Below, in pieces: positions 43,770-57,200 of a stretch of 64,000 nt of DNA; the first letter of the stretch is position 1; the number at the start of each line of letters is the position of its first letter. The notes below the pieces were generated by a model. The model ran no database searches. It saw only the letters and a program-made list of their open reading frames with translations, and was not told the origin of the DNA. The position numbers and the translations under genes were made by a program. The stretch is from Hormiphora californensis (taxonomy: Eukaryota > Animalia > Ctenophora), in NCBI GenBank assembly GCA_020137815.1, contig CM035361.1:4340001-4404000 (forward strand), written 5' to 3'.

Positions 43770-46700
43770 ATGATAAGATTTTTCTTTTCCGTTTTATTGC
43801 TCGCCACGTTTTCTGCAACAGCAGGTTTGTAATAACTAATAACATTAGTTGGCTAGGTAGTCTTTGCAAGTAAAGGTTCATATTTTAAGGGCGGGGGTAA
43901 CTATGGCATTATTAGCATTAAATTCATCGCATTTCAGTTCCATGGAGTACAGTAAAACTTAATGATATGTTCACATATGATCTGGAGAGCACCCCTCTTC
44001 AAATTAAAACCAACTCTACTGCCGGGAGTGAGGACAGGATTGCAGTAGTGACATACAATGAGTACGATAGTTTAATTGGAGGGTTGTTGATGGAGTTTAC
44101 CGAACCTATGGGATACACGATCAGGTACTGTGTCGCGGACACCCTTGACCGCTCGACGTGGCTCAAACTTCCAGTACAACCTCCATTGGAAGTGGACAAG
44201 ATTTGGACAATTCGAAAAAATACCAGTACAATCAGTGTAGAGTGCAACGGGGTGGAGGTACTGAACTACCACTTCAGTGACAGTAGTTATACTGATACTG
44301 AATGTGTATCAAGGTGGGGAGGAGATGTAGTGGAGAAGATACTATTTGGCGGCAAGGATAATGCATCTGACAGCTACAGGGCAAAAACAGGTACAGTCGG
44401 ACCCCGATTTGGTGACATCCTCGGGGGAAAGAATTTTGTCCACTAAATCGGGGTGTCCACTAAATCGAGGGGTCAAACACTGTTAATTTCCTATATCGGG
44501 GGAAGATTATCCTGTCACTAAATCGGGGTGCCACTAAATCGGGGGCCACTAAATCGGGGTCCGACTGTACATGTAATAAAGGAGTTAATAATTTAATCCA
44601 AAAACCAAATAAGTTTGGTGGATATTTGGGGCTATAAAACGTGCAAAAGTTTTGATATATATAATGAACTTTCGGGCATGGGGTTTCTATGATCATAACT
44701 AGCTACATACGGCCAGGACAACTGCAATCACCAAAATATTTATTATTTTAATTTGTATATTTATCGCAATTCAGACTGGATAGCTGTAGAAAAGGATGTA
44801 AAGATACCCTGGGACCTGGAGGGAATACCTCTCCAGATAAAGACTGACTCTACATTGGGCAGTGATGAGGAAATCAAGGTGTGGATGTACAACAAGGACA
44901 GCGTATATATCAGTGGTGTGGCTATGAAGTTCTCCTCTCCAATGCAGTATCATCTAGGCCACTGTACCATTCATGATACGTTGTCGGACCTGCCAGTGCA
45001 ACCTCCGGTGGACGTGGAAAAGATCTGGACGATCACAAAAACGGAAACCGCCCTCATTATCACATGTAACGATGTTGAAGTACTGAACTACCTGTTTGAA
45101 GATAGTTCAAGGAGCGAGTGTGTTACAAAGTGGGATGGTAATGTTGTCGAGGAGATCGTGTTTTACGCTGATGGCTCACCATACTACAGAGCAGGTAAGG
45201 GTCTAAATGTATGTAAAATAGCGTAGCGACTGGCTATTTGAAATGGCGGCTCATACCAAAGCCCACTGATGTCTAAAAATCCAAATCTGGTGCACCTGCT
45301 GTCCCTGTAGAGGGGGTGTTTCAAATAAGCCGCCATTTCAAATACCCTACCAATAATGATGCTAGCTCTATGATTCAATGATGAATCTCACATCTCCCAA
45401 CACCAATACCCATCCCCAGTGCAAAGATTGTGCTAATTTGCGAACATAATTCGTGGCAAAAAGTATCGGATTTTGAGCTAAAAAAGGCAAAAATTTGCTG
45501 CACAGCAAAATTGGGACATTTTTTGAGTCAAATAGATGCTTCCATCGTGATCAGCGTCGAAAAGTAGGTCGGGGTACAAAATTTCATGTTTCTACCTCAT
45601 CCCATTCGCCAATGCGAATCTTGCTAATTTGGTGGCACATTCGAGGGCACATTAGCATGTTGCTATAGCAACTACCTTACTCTCCAAAATTAAGATCCAG
45701 ATAATGTAGCAAACTACAGTCGGACCCCGATTTACCGGGCCCCGATTTACCGGAACCCCGATTTACCGGGAGGATTTCTTTCCCCCGATTTTTTTTTGGA
45801 AAATTTTCGAAGTTTGGCCGGTTGGTAAACTTGCATTTGCAATTCGCTAGGTCTAATGGGGATCACGTATCGGTTCGTTTCGAACCGTCTAATTAGCGGG
45901 AGGACACGTGATAAGATGCACCGATTCGAAACACGATTCGAACGTGGCTGGTATACCTTAGAAAAGTTTCATAACTTTTTTTTGCAAAATTTTACAGAAT
46001 CATTGTCAATGCTTTGATCGATGCTCCCCGTAAATTTTTAGAGAAAAAGTTATTTTGAAACTTTGATACTTTCCTCACCCCGCTTAAGGTGCCCAGATTC
46101 GGCATGGTAAACACGTATCGGTTCGTTTCGAACCGTCTAATTAGCGGCAGGACTGCGATAAGATGCAACCGATTTTGAAACACGATTCGGACTCGGTCGG
46201 GGTGGTTTCCTTAGAAAAAGTTTTTAAAACCATTTTTTTTTAAAATTTTTTAAATTTTCTATTTCTAATGACAAAGCAATGAAACTATTTTCATCAATAA
46301 TGTATACATACAGTTAGAGGTTCCTTGGTATAGAATTTTTGGACAAAAGTAGATTTATGGTCAATATGCTCTACCCCGATTATCCGGGGACCCCGATTTA
46401 CCGGCAAAATGGCTTCCCCTTTTCCCCCCCGAGGATCCCGGGAAATCGGGGTCCGACTGTACAATTAAAATCTTCTATTAAACAATCTTAAATCAAAAAC
46501 ACTAAAATTCAAAATCTTAAATTAAGCAACCAAAATTACGCGAAATTTAAACATCGAAAATAAAAAGCAGCCAAATTTAAAACCCGTTTTAAGAAAATCA
46601 GTGTACATCACGTGATAAGACCAGAGAGAGTTGTGTTGCAAACTAGATAAGAAAGCCGGTTATTAAAGGGGAAACAACTTTAAACTCACCTATAACGACC

Positions 46701-49252
46701 CTCATTGACCCCGGGCCCCGTTTTTTTGTGTTAGGGACAAGTCGAATGTCCTGCCTTTAATGTTGACGGATCAACACAAAGAAGCTGGACTGCTTCACCA
46801 ACGGGGACAACTGCCACCATAAAATGTGCTGCGACTTATATCCTAGTGGGAAGTGCAACACTGACGTGTCAGGATGATGGATCGTGGTCAAGTGAAATAC
46901 CGCAGTGTGATAAAGTTTGTAAGTTGATCAACATGTCCCTAGTATTATTCATTAAGTAAAGGATGCTAAGCACCAAAGACTGAATTAACCTAAAACTCTA
47001 ACTTAGTTACAGTCAAGTTTTTTAATCAAGGGACAGGGGGCTGTGCATTCAGAGAGGTCGCACAGCGTTGTATTTGCGCATGATAATCGAGATCAAGTTC
47101 CTGGCAATTTTAAGACTGGAAGCGTTAGAAAGACAATTTTAAGACCTTTTCAACGTAACTAAGATAAAGTCTTTATCTTATCAGGAACTTTTGTAAAATT
47201 GTCACGTGCAAATACAACGCCGTGCGACTTCTCTGAATGTGCGGCCCCCTGTCCCTTGATTAAAAATGCGACTTTAGAGCAGAAAAATTTATAAATCTCC
47301 TAATAAAAAGGCTATCTCTATAAAAAATCTCTTTCAGTTTGTCCTGGTATAACCATCGATAACTCTCCTAACTGATTTGAATTGGATTGAAGCAGGGAAC
47401 ACCGTAACTGTCGAATGTTACGGATAATACCTTTGAACTAAAAGGATCAAGCACCGTATCCTGTGACAATGACGGGTCGTGGCCGAGTGACCTCCCGACT
47501 TGTGAGAAAAAAGGTAAGCACATTGCTCTTTAAAAGTCTAACTCTAAGCACTAAAGCCTGAAGTCGACTAAAATTTTTACTTATTTATAAAATACTGAGC
47601 GAAGTAATTTATAAATCATCTAATAAAAAAATCTCTCTCAGTTTGTCCTGGTATAACCATCGATAACTCTCCAACTGATTTGAATTGGATTGAAGCAGGG
47701 AACACCGTAACTGTCGAATGTACGGATAATACCTTTGAACTAAAAGGATCAAGCACCGTATCCTGTGACAATGACGGGTCGTGGCCGAGTGACCTCCCGA
47801 CTTGTGAGAAAAAAGGTAAGCACATTGCTCTTTAAAAGTCTAACTCTAAGCACTAAAGCCTGAAGTCGACTAAAATGATTACTTATTTATAAAATACTGA
47901 GCGAAGTAATTTATAAATCATCTAATAAAAAAATCTCTCTCAGTTTGTCCTGGTAGAACCATCGATAACTCTCCAACTGATTTGAATGGGATTGAAGCAG
48001 GGAACACCGTAACTGTCGAATGTACGGATAATACCTTTGAACTAAAAGGATCAAGTACAGTATCCTGTGAAAATGACGGGTCGTGGAGTACTCGCCCAAC
48101 TTGTGAGAAAAAAGGTAAGCCTATTATAGAGAGAACAATTGTTCTTGATAATTACTAAAGCCTGAAGTCAATTAATTTACCTATTGTATCTTACATAACA
48201 TGTAGATCATTCTCCGCAATGCGCTTATTTGGTGAGGTTGTAAATGTAAAAATTGTATTATTTAATTTACTTCTAATGGTTAGAATATCTATTGCGTTTC
48301 AGACTGGACAGCTGTAGAGCAGGGTGTGAAGATACCCTGGGACCTGGAGGGAACACCTCTCCAGATAAAGACGGGCTCTTCACTGGGCAGTGATGAAAGG
48401 ATTTCGGTGGGGATGTTCGACAAGGACAGCGGATATATTAGTACTGTGGATATGCAGTTCTCCTCTCCAATGCAGTATACGATGAAATATTGCACCAGCT
48501 GGACAGACCTGCCAGTACAACCCCCGGTGGAGGTGGAGAAGATTTGGACGATCATCAAAACAGGGTCCGCTCTCATCATCAAATGTAACAATGTTGAGAT
48601 GCTGAACTACCTGTTCACAGATAGTTCAGATAGCGAGTGTGCTACATGGTTGAGTGGCGATGTTGTGGGGGAGATCATGTTTTACGCTGATAGCTCAGCA
48701 ACTGACTACTACAGAGCAGGTAAGGGTCTAAATGTAATGTAATATAGCGTAGCGACTGGCTATTTGAAATGGCGGCTCATACCAAGCCCACTGATGTCTA
48801 AAAATCCAAATCTGGTGCACCTGCTGGCCTGTAGAGGGGGTGTTTCAAATAAGCCGCCATTTCAAATAGCCAGTCGCTACCCTACCAATAATGATGCTAG
48901 CTCTATGATTCAATGATGCATCTCACATCTTCCCAACACCAATACCCATCAGCGTGTCCCGGGTTCACCGTAGACGAATCAGTGCAAGAAAATTGGAGTG
49001 ATACAGATCCAGGACAGACGGTGACCATCAACTGCCAGAAGAAGCACGTGCGATACGGTAGCCGTGAGAGGACGTGTAATTCCGACGGAGAGTGGAACGT
49101 TGCCGCCCCTATTTGCAAGGAACTAGGTAAGTATTCTAGGTCGAAGTCAGGCAAGTTATAGGAAAGTATACCGGGTTGGGGGTTTGGGAAAATGGGATCA
49201 CCAAAATATGTATTACTGTAAAAGTTGGGCAACTTTTGCAGAATTGCGATGA
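43770..49252 (+). CDS. Sushi/novel-domain gene 2: SP - X' - X - SushiD - SushiA x3 - X - SushiC (secreted)
   Basis: Exons 43770-43824 (MIRFFFSVLLLATFSATA), 43938-44390, 44775-45194, ~46736-46918, 47338-47513 (2 extra bases), 47642-47815, 47944-48114, 48303-48719, 48953-49126 and 49242-49252; all introns phase 1. Confidence 0.75.
44394..44567. mobile_element. Tc1/mariner-pogo type MITE (TA TSD)
   Basis: TA-CAGTCGGACCCCGATTT ... AAATCGGGGTCCGACTG-TA; absent in the paralogous intron at 55043. Confidence 0.85.
45717..46459. mobile_element. Tc1/mariner-pogo type MITE (TA TSD), longer family member
   Basis: TA-CAGTCGGACCCCGATTT ... AAATCGGGGTCCGACTG-TA. Confidence 0.85.
47011..47273. mobile_element. 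MITE with ~75-bp imperfect TIRs
   Basis: TTTTTAATCAAGGGACAGGGGGC... / ...GCCCCCTGTCCCTTGATTAAAAA. Confidence 0.7.
48749..48880. mobile_element. Small MITE (29-bp TIR); copies with a truncated right TIR at ~40962 and ~45223
   Basis: GTAGCGACTGGCTATTTGAAATGGCGGCT / AGCCGCCATTTCAAATAGCCAGTCGCTAC. Confidence 0.7.
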
Positions 49253-50050
49253 TTTAAAATATTGATGGTTCATAATCTTTATTACTCGAAAGGTAAATTT
49301 AGCCGTTACTCAAATTTCACAACACAATGTTTTGACATGTGCCCCGGATTTGCCGTACTGTACTGAGTGTACTAGGAAGTTGGAACTATACTTGCAGATA
49401 ATTAACCGTCAGAAGAAGTAGGTACGAGATGGTTGTTAGAATTGTCCTTCTTTTGTGTTTATATGTTATCGGGATTACATGTTCGTAACCCCTTTCTATT
49501 TTCATATATTACGGTATCCCGATATATTACGTGGTGAAGTGTTGCTGTTACGATGACTCATTCTCGGTTCTTCTCCCTGACGTTAATTGGCTGGCAGCTT
49601 CTCTACTATTTCTCTCTGGGAGGATTCGGAATAACGAGAGAGGGCGGGATTGACGTCTCATAATATTGGTTGCAATGTCTAAAGACGTGGGAACCACGAG
49701 CGACACGTGGCGAGAGAGAGAAAGGGAGGATATATAGGGCGGTATGAGGACTGCTCACTTGACATTTATTAATTCTATGAACTCAAGAGAGTATCGGGCT
49801 TGATACTAGGCGTGATGAACATTGACTATGACGTGTGTTAGGGTAGGGAACGGTTACAAGACCGTCTTCCTTGAGTTACTAAACTTGGTGGCAATTAGAG
49901 ATTATGAAAGATTACAGTTTCTATTCTACTTTACTCTTTGTATATATATCTTGTCGTATTTGTATCACAACATTTTACCCTAAAATGGATCATATCGGTC
50001 ACGGTCGGTCACAACTTCGATAATATATACGGGAAGGGTAACTATAATGC

Positions 50051-50195
50051 GGAGATCTGTTAGAGTCTCGCGGCGTGTTCCGAACCATCTTGTTTTTCAA
50101 TGTCTGACAACATGGTTCGGAACACGCCGCGAGACTCTAACAGATCTCCGTATAATCACTCCGCGGCAGGCAATACAGCGAAAGCTGTCTCAACA
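50051..50195. mobile_element. 145-bp insertion containing a hairpin, with a 13-bp target duplication
   Basis: GTAACTATAATGC at 50038-50050 and 50196-50208; empty site at ~42802-42814; 39-bp perfect arms spanning 50050-50150. Confidence 0.75.
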
Positions 50196-50504
50196 GTAAC
50201 TATAATGCCCTACTCGGCAGAATAGAATGAAATAACCGAAAAGGATATTGGAAAGACAGACAGACAGAAAAAAGAGCTGCCATATCTTTCTAGGTGATTG
50301 GTGAAACCATTAGCTATTTGGCACACCAAAAAGTGAGAGACATATATAAAAGAATGGAGAGATTGTTGAAGCATTTTCCCCAAGCGTAAAAATGTGGTTA
50401 AAAATGATGCTATAAGACCATACTATGAAGAGAGAAAGGGAGGGATGTCTAGTTTTTTGTCGTGACCCCACCCTTTACTTCTCGTGCACGGATTTGTTGT
50501 GCGG

Positions 50505-51068
<564 letters not shown>

Positions 51069-51205
51069 GGAGAGAGATAGGGAGGGAGAGGGAGATCACG
51101 GGATGGGAGAGCTATCTCAAGCTGAGGGTTAAGATCGCGTGACTTTATTCTCAAACATCCTCTGATAGTTGTGTTTGACTTGTCATTTGTCAAGTGAAGT
51201 GCAAA

Positions 51206-54200
51206 ATGATAAGATTATTCTTTTCCGTTTTATTGCTGGCGACGTTTTCTGCAACAGCAGGTTCGTAATAACATTAGTTGGCTAGGTAGTTTTTGTAGGT
51301 AGTTTTTGTAGTTTTTGTAGGTAGTTTTTGTATTGGAGTTTTGTACAGAAATGGGGTCAGAGTGAGATTATCTCCGACAAGGAAAACATTCAAGTCTTTC
51401 CAAGTACAGGAAGTACTTATCGGAACGGGTGAAGGTATGGTTCGATTGTGTAATATCTATCGTCCTCCTTACACTGGAAAGGCACGGTTTACTGCTGCTT
51501 CGTTTCTTGAGGAATTTGTGGACTACTTAGCTGATGTTAACCTGAGGACTGGGTCCCCTGTCTTGATGGGTGATTTCAATTTCCAAGTACAAGACCTCTC
51601 TGACTTTTATGCAGAGAAGTTCCTAAAGCTCCTTGATTCTTTTGGGCTGGAGCAACTCACTCCATGTCAGCCGACCCACACCAGAGGTGGAACGCTTGAT
51701 CTGGTGATCTGTCAGAGTGATATCAAAACGAAGTTTCGATCTGTGGAAATACTGAAGGATGGTACTGAATCAGACCATTATATGGTTCTGAGTGAACTGG
51801 TCACTAAAACTGAGGATGTGGATTTTCGAAGCAAGCAACAAATTGACATGTACAGAGACTTTAAATCTGTGGATCCTGAACTGTTCAGGAAAGCATTGCG
51901 GAACCTTGGACTAGAGGATCTTCTTGTAGCTGAATCACCCGAGGAAAACTTCCAGATCTATGAGAGGACTCTTGGCAACCTTGTGGAGAAATCTGTTGAA
52001 CTCAAGAAAAGACGAAGAGGGAAGAAGTTAAGGCCGTGGAGAGAAGATGAAAGTGTCAAAGACGTGCTGAAACTACGCAGACGTGCTGAGAGGGCTTGGC
52101 GGAAGAACAAGACTCCGATACGGAAAGCCCAGTTGAATGACTTGAAGAGACAGTTTGGAAAAGTGGACAAGGACGCGAGGATTGGTTTCAACAAGAAAAA
52201 TCTAGAGGAGTCAAAAGGTGATCCTAAAGTTTTGCAACGGAAGGTTAACCGCCTCCTGGGCAAAGCTGAGAGTATCCTACCGGAATCTGGTAATGATGGA
52301 AAGCTAGCAGAGGACTTCGCGGAATTTTTCAGTAGTAAAGTGGATAAGATCCGTACATCAGTGTTTGAGGAACAAAGTGATCTGGAGGATGGAGAGGCTC
52401 TGAGGACTGATCCGGAATGCAAGCTTGCTCAGTTTGAGGAGGTGTCTGTGGAATACATCAAGGGCCTTATCAAGGATATGCCGGACAAGACATGTGATCT
52501 GGATATCATCCCCACTTGGTTGGTGAAGGGATGTATTCATGAATTCGCCCCGTGGATTACTACGCTGGTTAATGGATCTATTAGGAGTTCGACTGTTCCA
52601 GAGGCGTTCCAGCAAGCCCTAGTGTTTCCTACGATAAAGAATGCTCAAGGTGACCGTGACAGTCTGCAGAACTACCGACCAGTGTCAAACCTGCTGTTTA
52701 TCTCGAAGGTTCTCGAGAAGGTAGTATTGGATCAATTGACCTGCTACCTGGAGGATAACAGCCTACTGAACAAGAACCAATCAGGATATAGGGTTGGCCA
52801 TAGTTGTGAAACCTTGTTAACCGGTATGTTTGAGGATCTACTTGAGGAAATGGATAGAGGAAATGTCATGGCACTTCTTTTACTGGACATGAGTGCTGCA
52901 TTCGACACCGTTGACCACACTAAGCTGGTCCAAGTGTTGAATAGTCGGTTTGGAATCTGTGGAGCAGCGCTCAATTGGTTTGAGAGCTACCTTGGAAGCA
53001 GAAGCTACAGAGTTAATGTTCGAGGAAAACTCTCTGGAATTGTCAAGCTAGTATGTGGTGTCCCACAGGGTTCTCTGTTGGGACCTGTCTTGTTCCTGCT
53101 GTATGTGGAGGAACTCCAAGACCTTGTTGAACAGTATGGGCTGAGGATAAAACTGTATGCTGATGACTCACAGTTATATATGAGTCTGGTTCCTCATGAT
53201 GATGAAGGATGGCTAGCAGTGAAAGGTAATGCTGAGGATTGTTTAAAGGAGGTGAAGGATTGGATGGTGAAGCACTGGCTGAGGTGTAATGAGGCCAAAA
53301 CGGAGCTATTGTTACTTGGAAAGAGTGGAGCTCTAGAGAAGCTAGCCTATGAACCCTCAATTGTTTTTGGAGGCACGGAAATCTTTCCAGTGGATTTTAA
53401 AGGAACTACAGGTAAAACCCTTGGTGTCTACCTTGACAGCCAACTCACTATGGAACGACAGGTTAACAGTGTCAAGAGACAGTGTGGTATGATCCTGAGG
53501 AACCTTTGGCAGATCAATCGATGTTTGGACCAGTCTATGAAGATCCTCCTTGTCAAACAGTTAGTTATTTCGAGGTTGGACTACTGTAACATACTGTATT
53601 GTGGACTCCCGAAGAAACACATCAACAGCCTACAGAAAACACTCAACTCTTGTGTTCGGTTCGTCTATGGTCTACACGGACATCAAGATGATTATGCTCC
53701 CTACCTGAAGGAAATGCATGTCCTTCCTATTGAACAGAGGATTGTGTTCAAGGCATGTCTTACAGCTTATAAGGTCGTTCATCGAACTGCTCCAGATTAT
53801 CTAGCCGACAAAGTGCCAGCGTGTGAGGATGTGGATAGCTTGCGTTTTACCAGAGCCAATGCTGTTCCGGATGAGTTCAGGCTCCAGTACCCGAAACTCT
53901 CAAGTGTCAACGCTAATTCTAAATTGAGGAGAAGGCGACCTTCTGTATTTCTACCCAGTCTGTGGAACGAACTTCCTTTGGACATCAGATCTCTTCTGTC
54001 TGTTGATTCCTTCAAGACAAGACTTAAGACCCGACTCTTCACTGAGGCTTATGGCGTAAGTACTTCCTGAAGGCTTGTATCAGTTTTTATCTCCAGTGTG
54101 TTTGGAACAGTTGTATCGGTTTTTATATTAAGCATTTTTTGAGGGTTTGAAGCACGAGTGGACAGAGTGTGAAGCAGTGTGAATTTTGTATACCAAGGAT

Positions 54201-57200
54201 TCTTTTTGGACAGTTTATCATTATATGTCAGTTATTTTCTCCATTTTTTTTCCACGATATGTGAGCCGTTGTAAGTCAGTTATATTCCATTATGGTCTTG
54301 ATAGAGTAAATTTTTTCCCTAGCTTTGTATCCCGCTCTGATTGTCTTTCAGTGGCAGCAGTTATCTCTTGATCTGTTGCCCCTGGAGGATATGGGCGGAA
54401 TATAAGCACGTCTATTATTATTATTATTATTATTATTATAAGGTAGTTTTTGTAGGTAGTTTTTGTAGGTAGTTTTTGTAGGTAGTTTTTGTAGGTAGTT
54501 TTTGTAGGTAGTTTTTGTAGTAGTTTTTGTAGTAAAGGTTCATATTTTAGGGGATAAGCATTATTAGCATTAAACTCATCGCATTTCAGTTTCATGGAGT
54601 CCAGTAGAACGTTCTGTTAAGTTCCCATTTGATCTGGAGAGCACCCCTCTTCAAATCAAAACCAACTCTACTGCCGGGAGTGAGGACAGGATTGCAGTGG
54701 TGGCATACGATGAAGACGAGAGTTTAATTGGAGGGTTGTTTTTGATGGATTTCACCGAACCTATGAAATACATGATCAGGTTCTGTGTCTGGGACGACAT
54801 TAATGACCGTGACAAATGGCTCGTACTCCCAGTACAACCACCAGAGGAAGTGGTCAAGACGTGGACTATTCGAAAGACGGCTACCACCGTTAATGTAGAG
54901 TGCAACGGGGTGGAGGTACTGAACTACCACTTCAGTGACAGTAGTTATACTCGCTGTGTATCGACGTGGGGAGGAGATGTAGTGGACAAGATAAAATTTG
55001 CTTTCCGGGACACTGCATCTGACAGCTACAGAGCAAAATCAGGTATGTAATAAAGCATTAACTTTATCCAAAAACCAAAACAAGTTTGGTGGATAGAAGC
55101 TGGGCTACAAATACGTGCGAAAGTTTTGTTATGAAGGATCGAATGCTTTCTTCAGATGCGAGACCTTTTATAGAGCCCTTAAAAAGTACAATCATTAACG
55201 CCTAAAATCAACTTAAACATAAGAACATAATTTTGTTATAAAATACTGAGCGAATAATTAATAAATCTGCTAATAAAAAGTCTAGGGTATACCGGGGTAA
55301 TTTGGACCACTTTTTGCATTCAACTGGTATTTCAAGAGCCATTTATTTACTTAATCAAGTAGTTAGCTACTCAATTTGTGCAACTGAACCTTTATCTAGA
55401 GCCTCAGAACAAATTTACACCGAAAGCATAACTTTTAGATAGCTAATTAACCTTGTTAATGAAGGTAAGTCGGAATATTTTCGATCGCGAGACACGGGGC
55501 AATGTGGACTAGTGGCCCTCTACACCAATCACAATGCGCGCATTCAATCACGTGACCGCGACACACCACATTGCCCCAGCTGTAAATCTGCAATGTAAAT
55601 CAGACCTAGGTTGGGGCTATTCGGACAAACTTAGATTGTAGCCACAGTTTTTGAGATATCGATTTCAAACTTTTCAGTCATCTAGTAATTTAGTATCCCG
55701 TGCTATTACTTTTTTCAAAATTAGTTAATTAAGTAGTAATTAGCCTAATTAACCAAAAAATTAAGTGTTCATCAAATCTATATCAATAGGGTGCATTTTC
55801 GAAAGCTCAGAATTAGCCTAGTCGATTAGAAAAAGATTTAATCTAATCCCGAATAGGGTTTTTGAGAAAATCGACATCAAAGATCAAAAAGCCACAAATA
55901 AAGCTACGGTTTTCAAAGGAATGGTGTCTGTGTTTTCAGGTGCTTACAAGGCCAGAAATTTCTATTATTGGGATCCAGTCTAATAAATCATGTTCGTGGC
56001 TGATTTCCACTCAATGCAATTCCCTGGGGTTGCTATAGCAACGGAGTTTGTTACCATAGCAACCGACGAGTTTGCAGTAATGTACTATTTTCTTGCTCCA
56101 AATTCACCCAATACATCCGTATTATTAGACTATCGATTGTTTAAACATGATTGTGAATCACAATGAGACATCAGACTGCCCTCAGTTACCAGCCATGGCT
56201 AGCAAATCAGTGGCTTTGGTTATCAAATGTATGCCTATTGCTCTAATTTAGCCTGTAATTTATCCCTTTATTCAGTTTTATCAGCTGCATAAGGATGATT
56301 ATCATGATAAAACACTACTTTTGGTTATCAAAGCACCAGTCCTAGATATTCTGGAGCACCCCATTAAGTTGGTTTGTCGAATACCACACCTTGGATTGAC
56401 TTGTGACCTTGGCAAGCAGAGAATTGGTTGTAACATGCGCCTTTTTCTATTTTTTGGTATATTTACTTAGTTTTAGCCATATATATATTGATTGAATAGG
56501 ATAACTATGAAAGTAGGTTGTCTATGGTTTCCATAGAAACGAGTATAATGGCGCCATGAGGCCAATTTGTCTTAACCAATTTGCCCCATGGGGCAATTTG
56601 GTCTAGTCCAAATTGCCCCATGGGGCAATCTGGTTTATGACCGAATTGCCCCCGATTTTTTCGTCCGAATTGCCCCAAATTGTCCGAATTGCCCCGCTTC
56701 ATTAAAATGCTAATTAGCTAATTAAATCGAAAGCTAATGTCATTTTGATGATGAAACTGGATAAAAAAATATCATATTGTGCAATTCTGACCCATAATTT
56801 AAATAATTATCATAATTAAGTTTACCGAAATAAAGTTAAACTTTAAAGTCGTCATTTTTCGTTATTTCACACTAAACACCACAATTTGAAAGTCCCATAT
56901 AAATCACTAGTCCACATTGCCCCGTCCTGTGACCACATTGCCCCACCGTCCAAATTACCCCGGTATACCCTATATATATATAAAAATTTCTCCCTCAGTT
57001 TGTCCTGGTGTAACCATCGATAACTCTCCTACTGATTTGAATGGGATTGAAGCAGGGAACTCCGTCGATGTCACTTGCACGGATGACACCTTTGAACTAA
57101 CAGGATCAACCACGGTATCCTGTGACAATGACGGGTCGTGGACTGCTCTTCCAACTTGTGAGAAAAATGGTAAGCATATGCCCTATATATATAGACTCTA

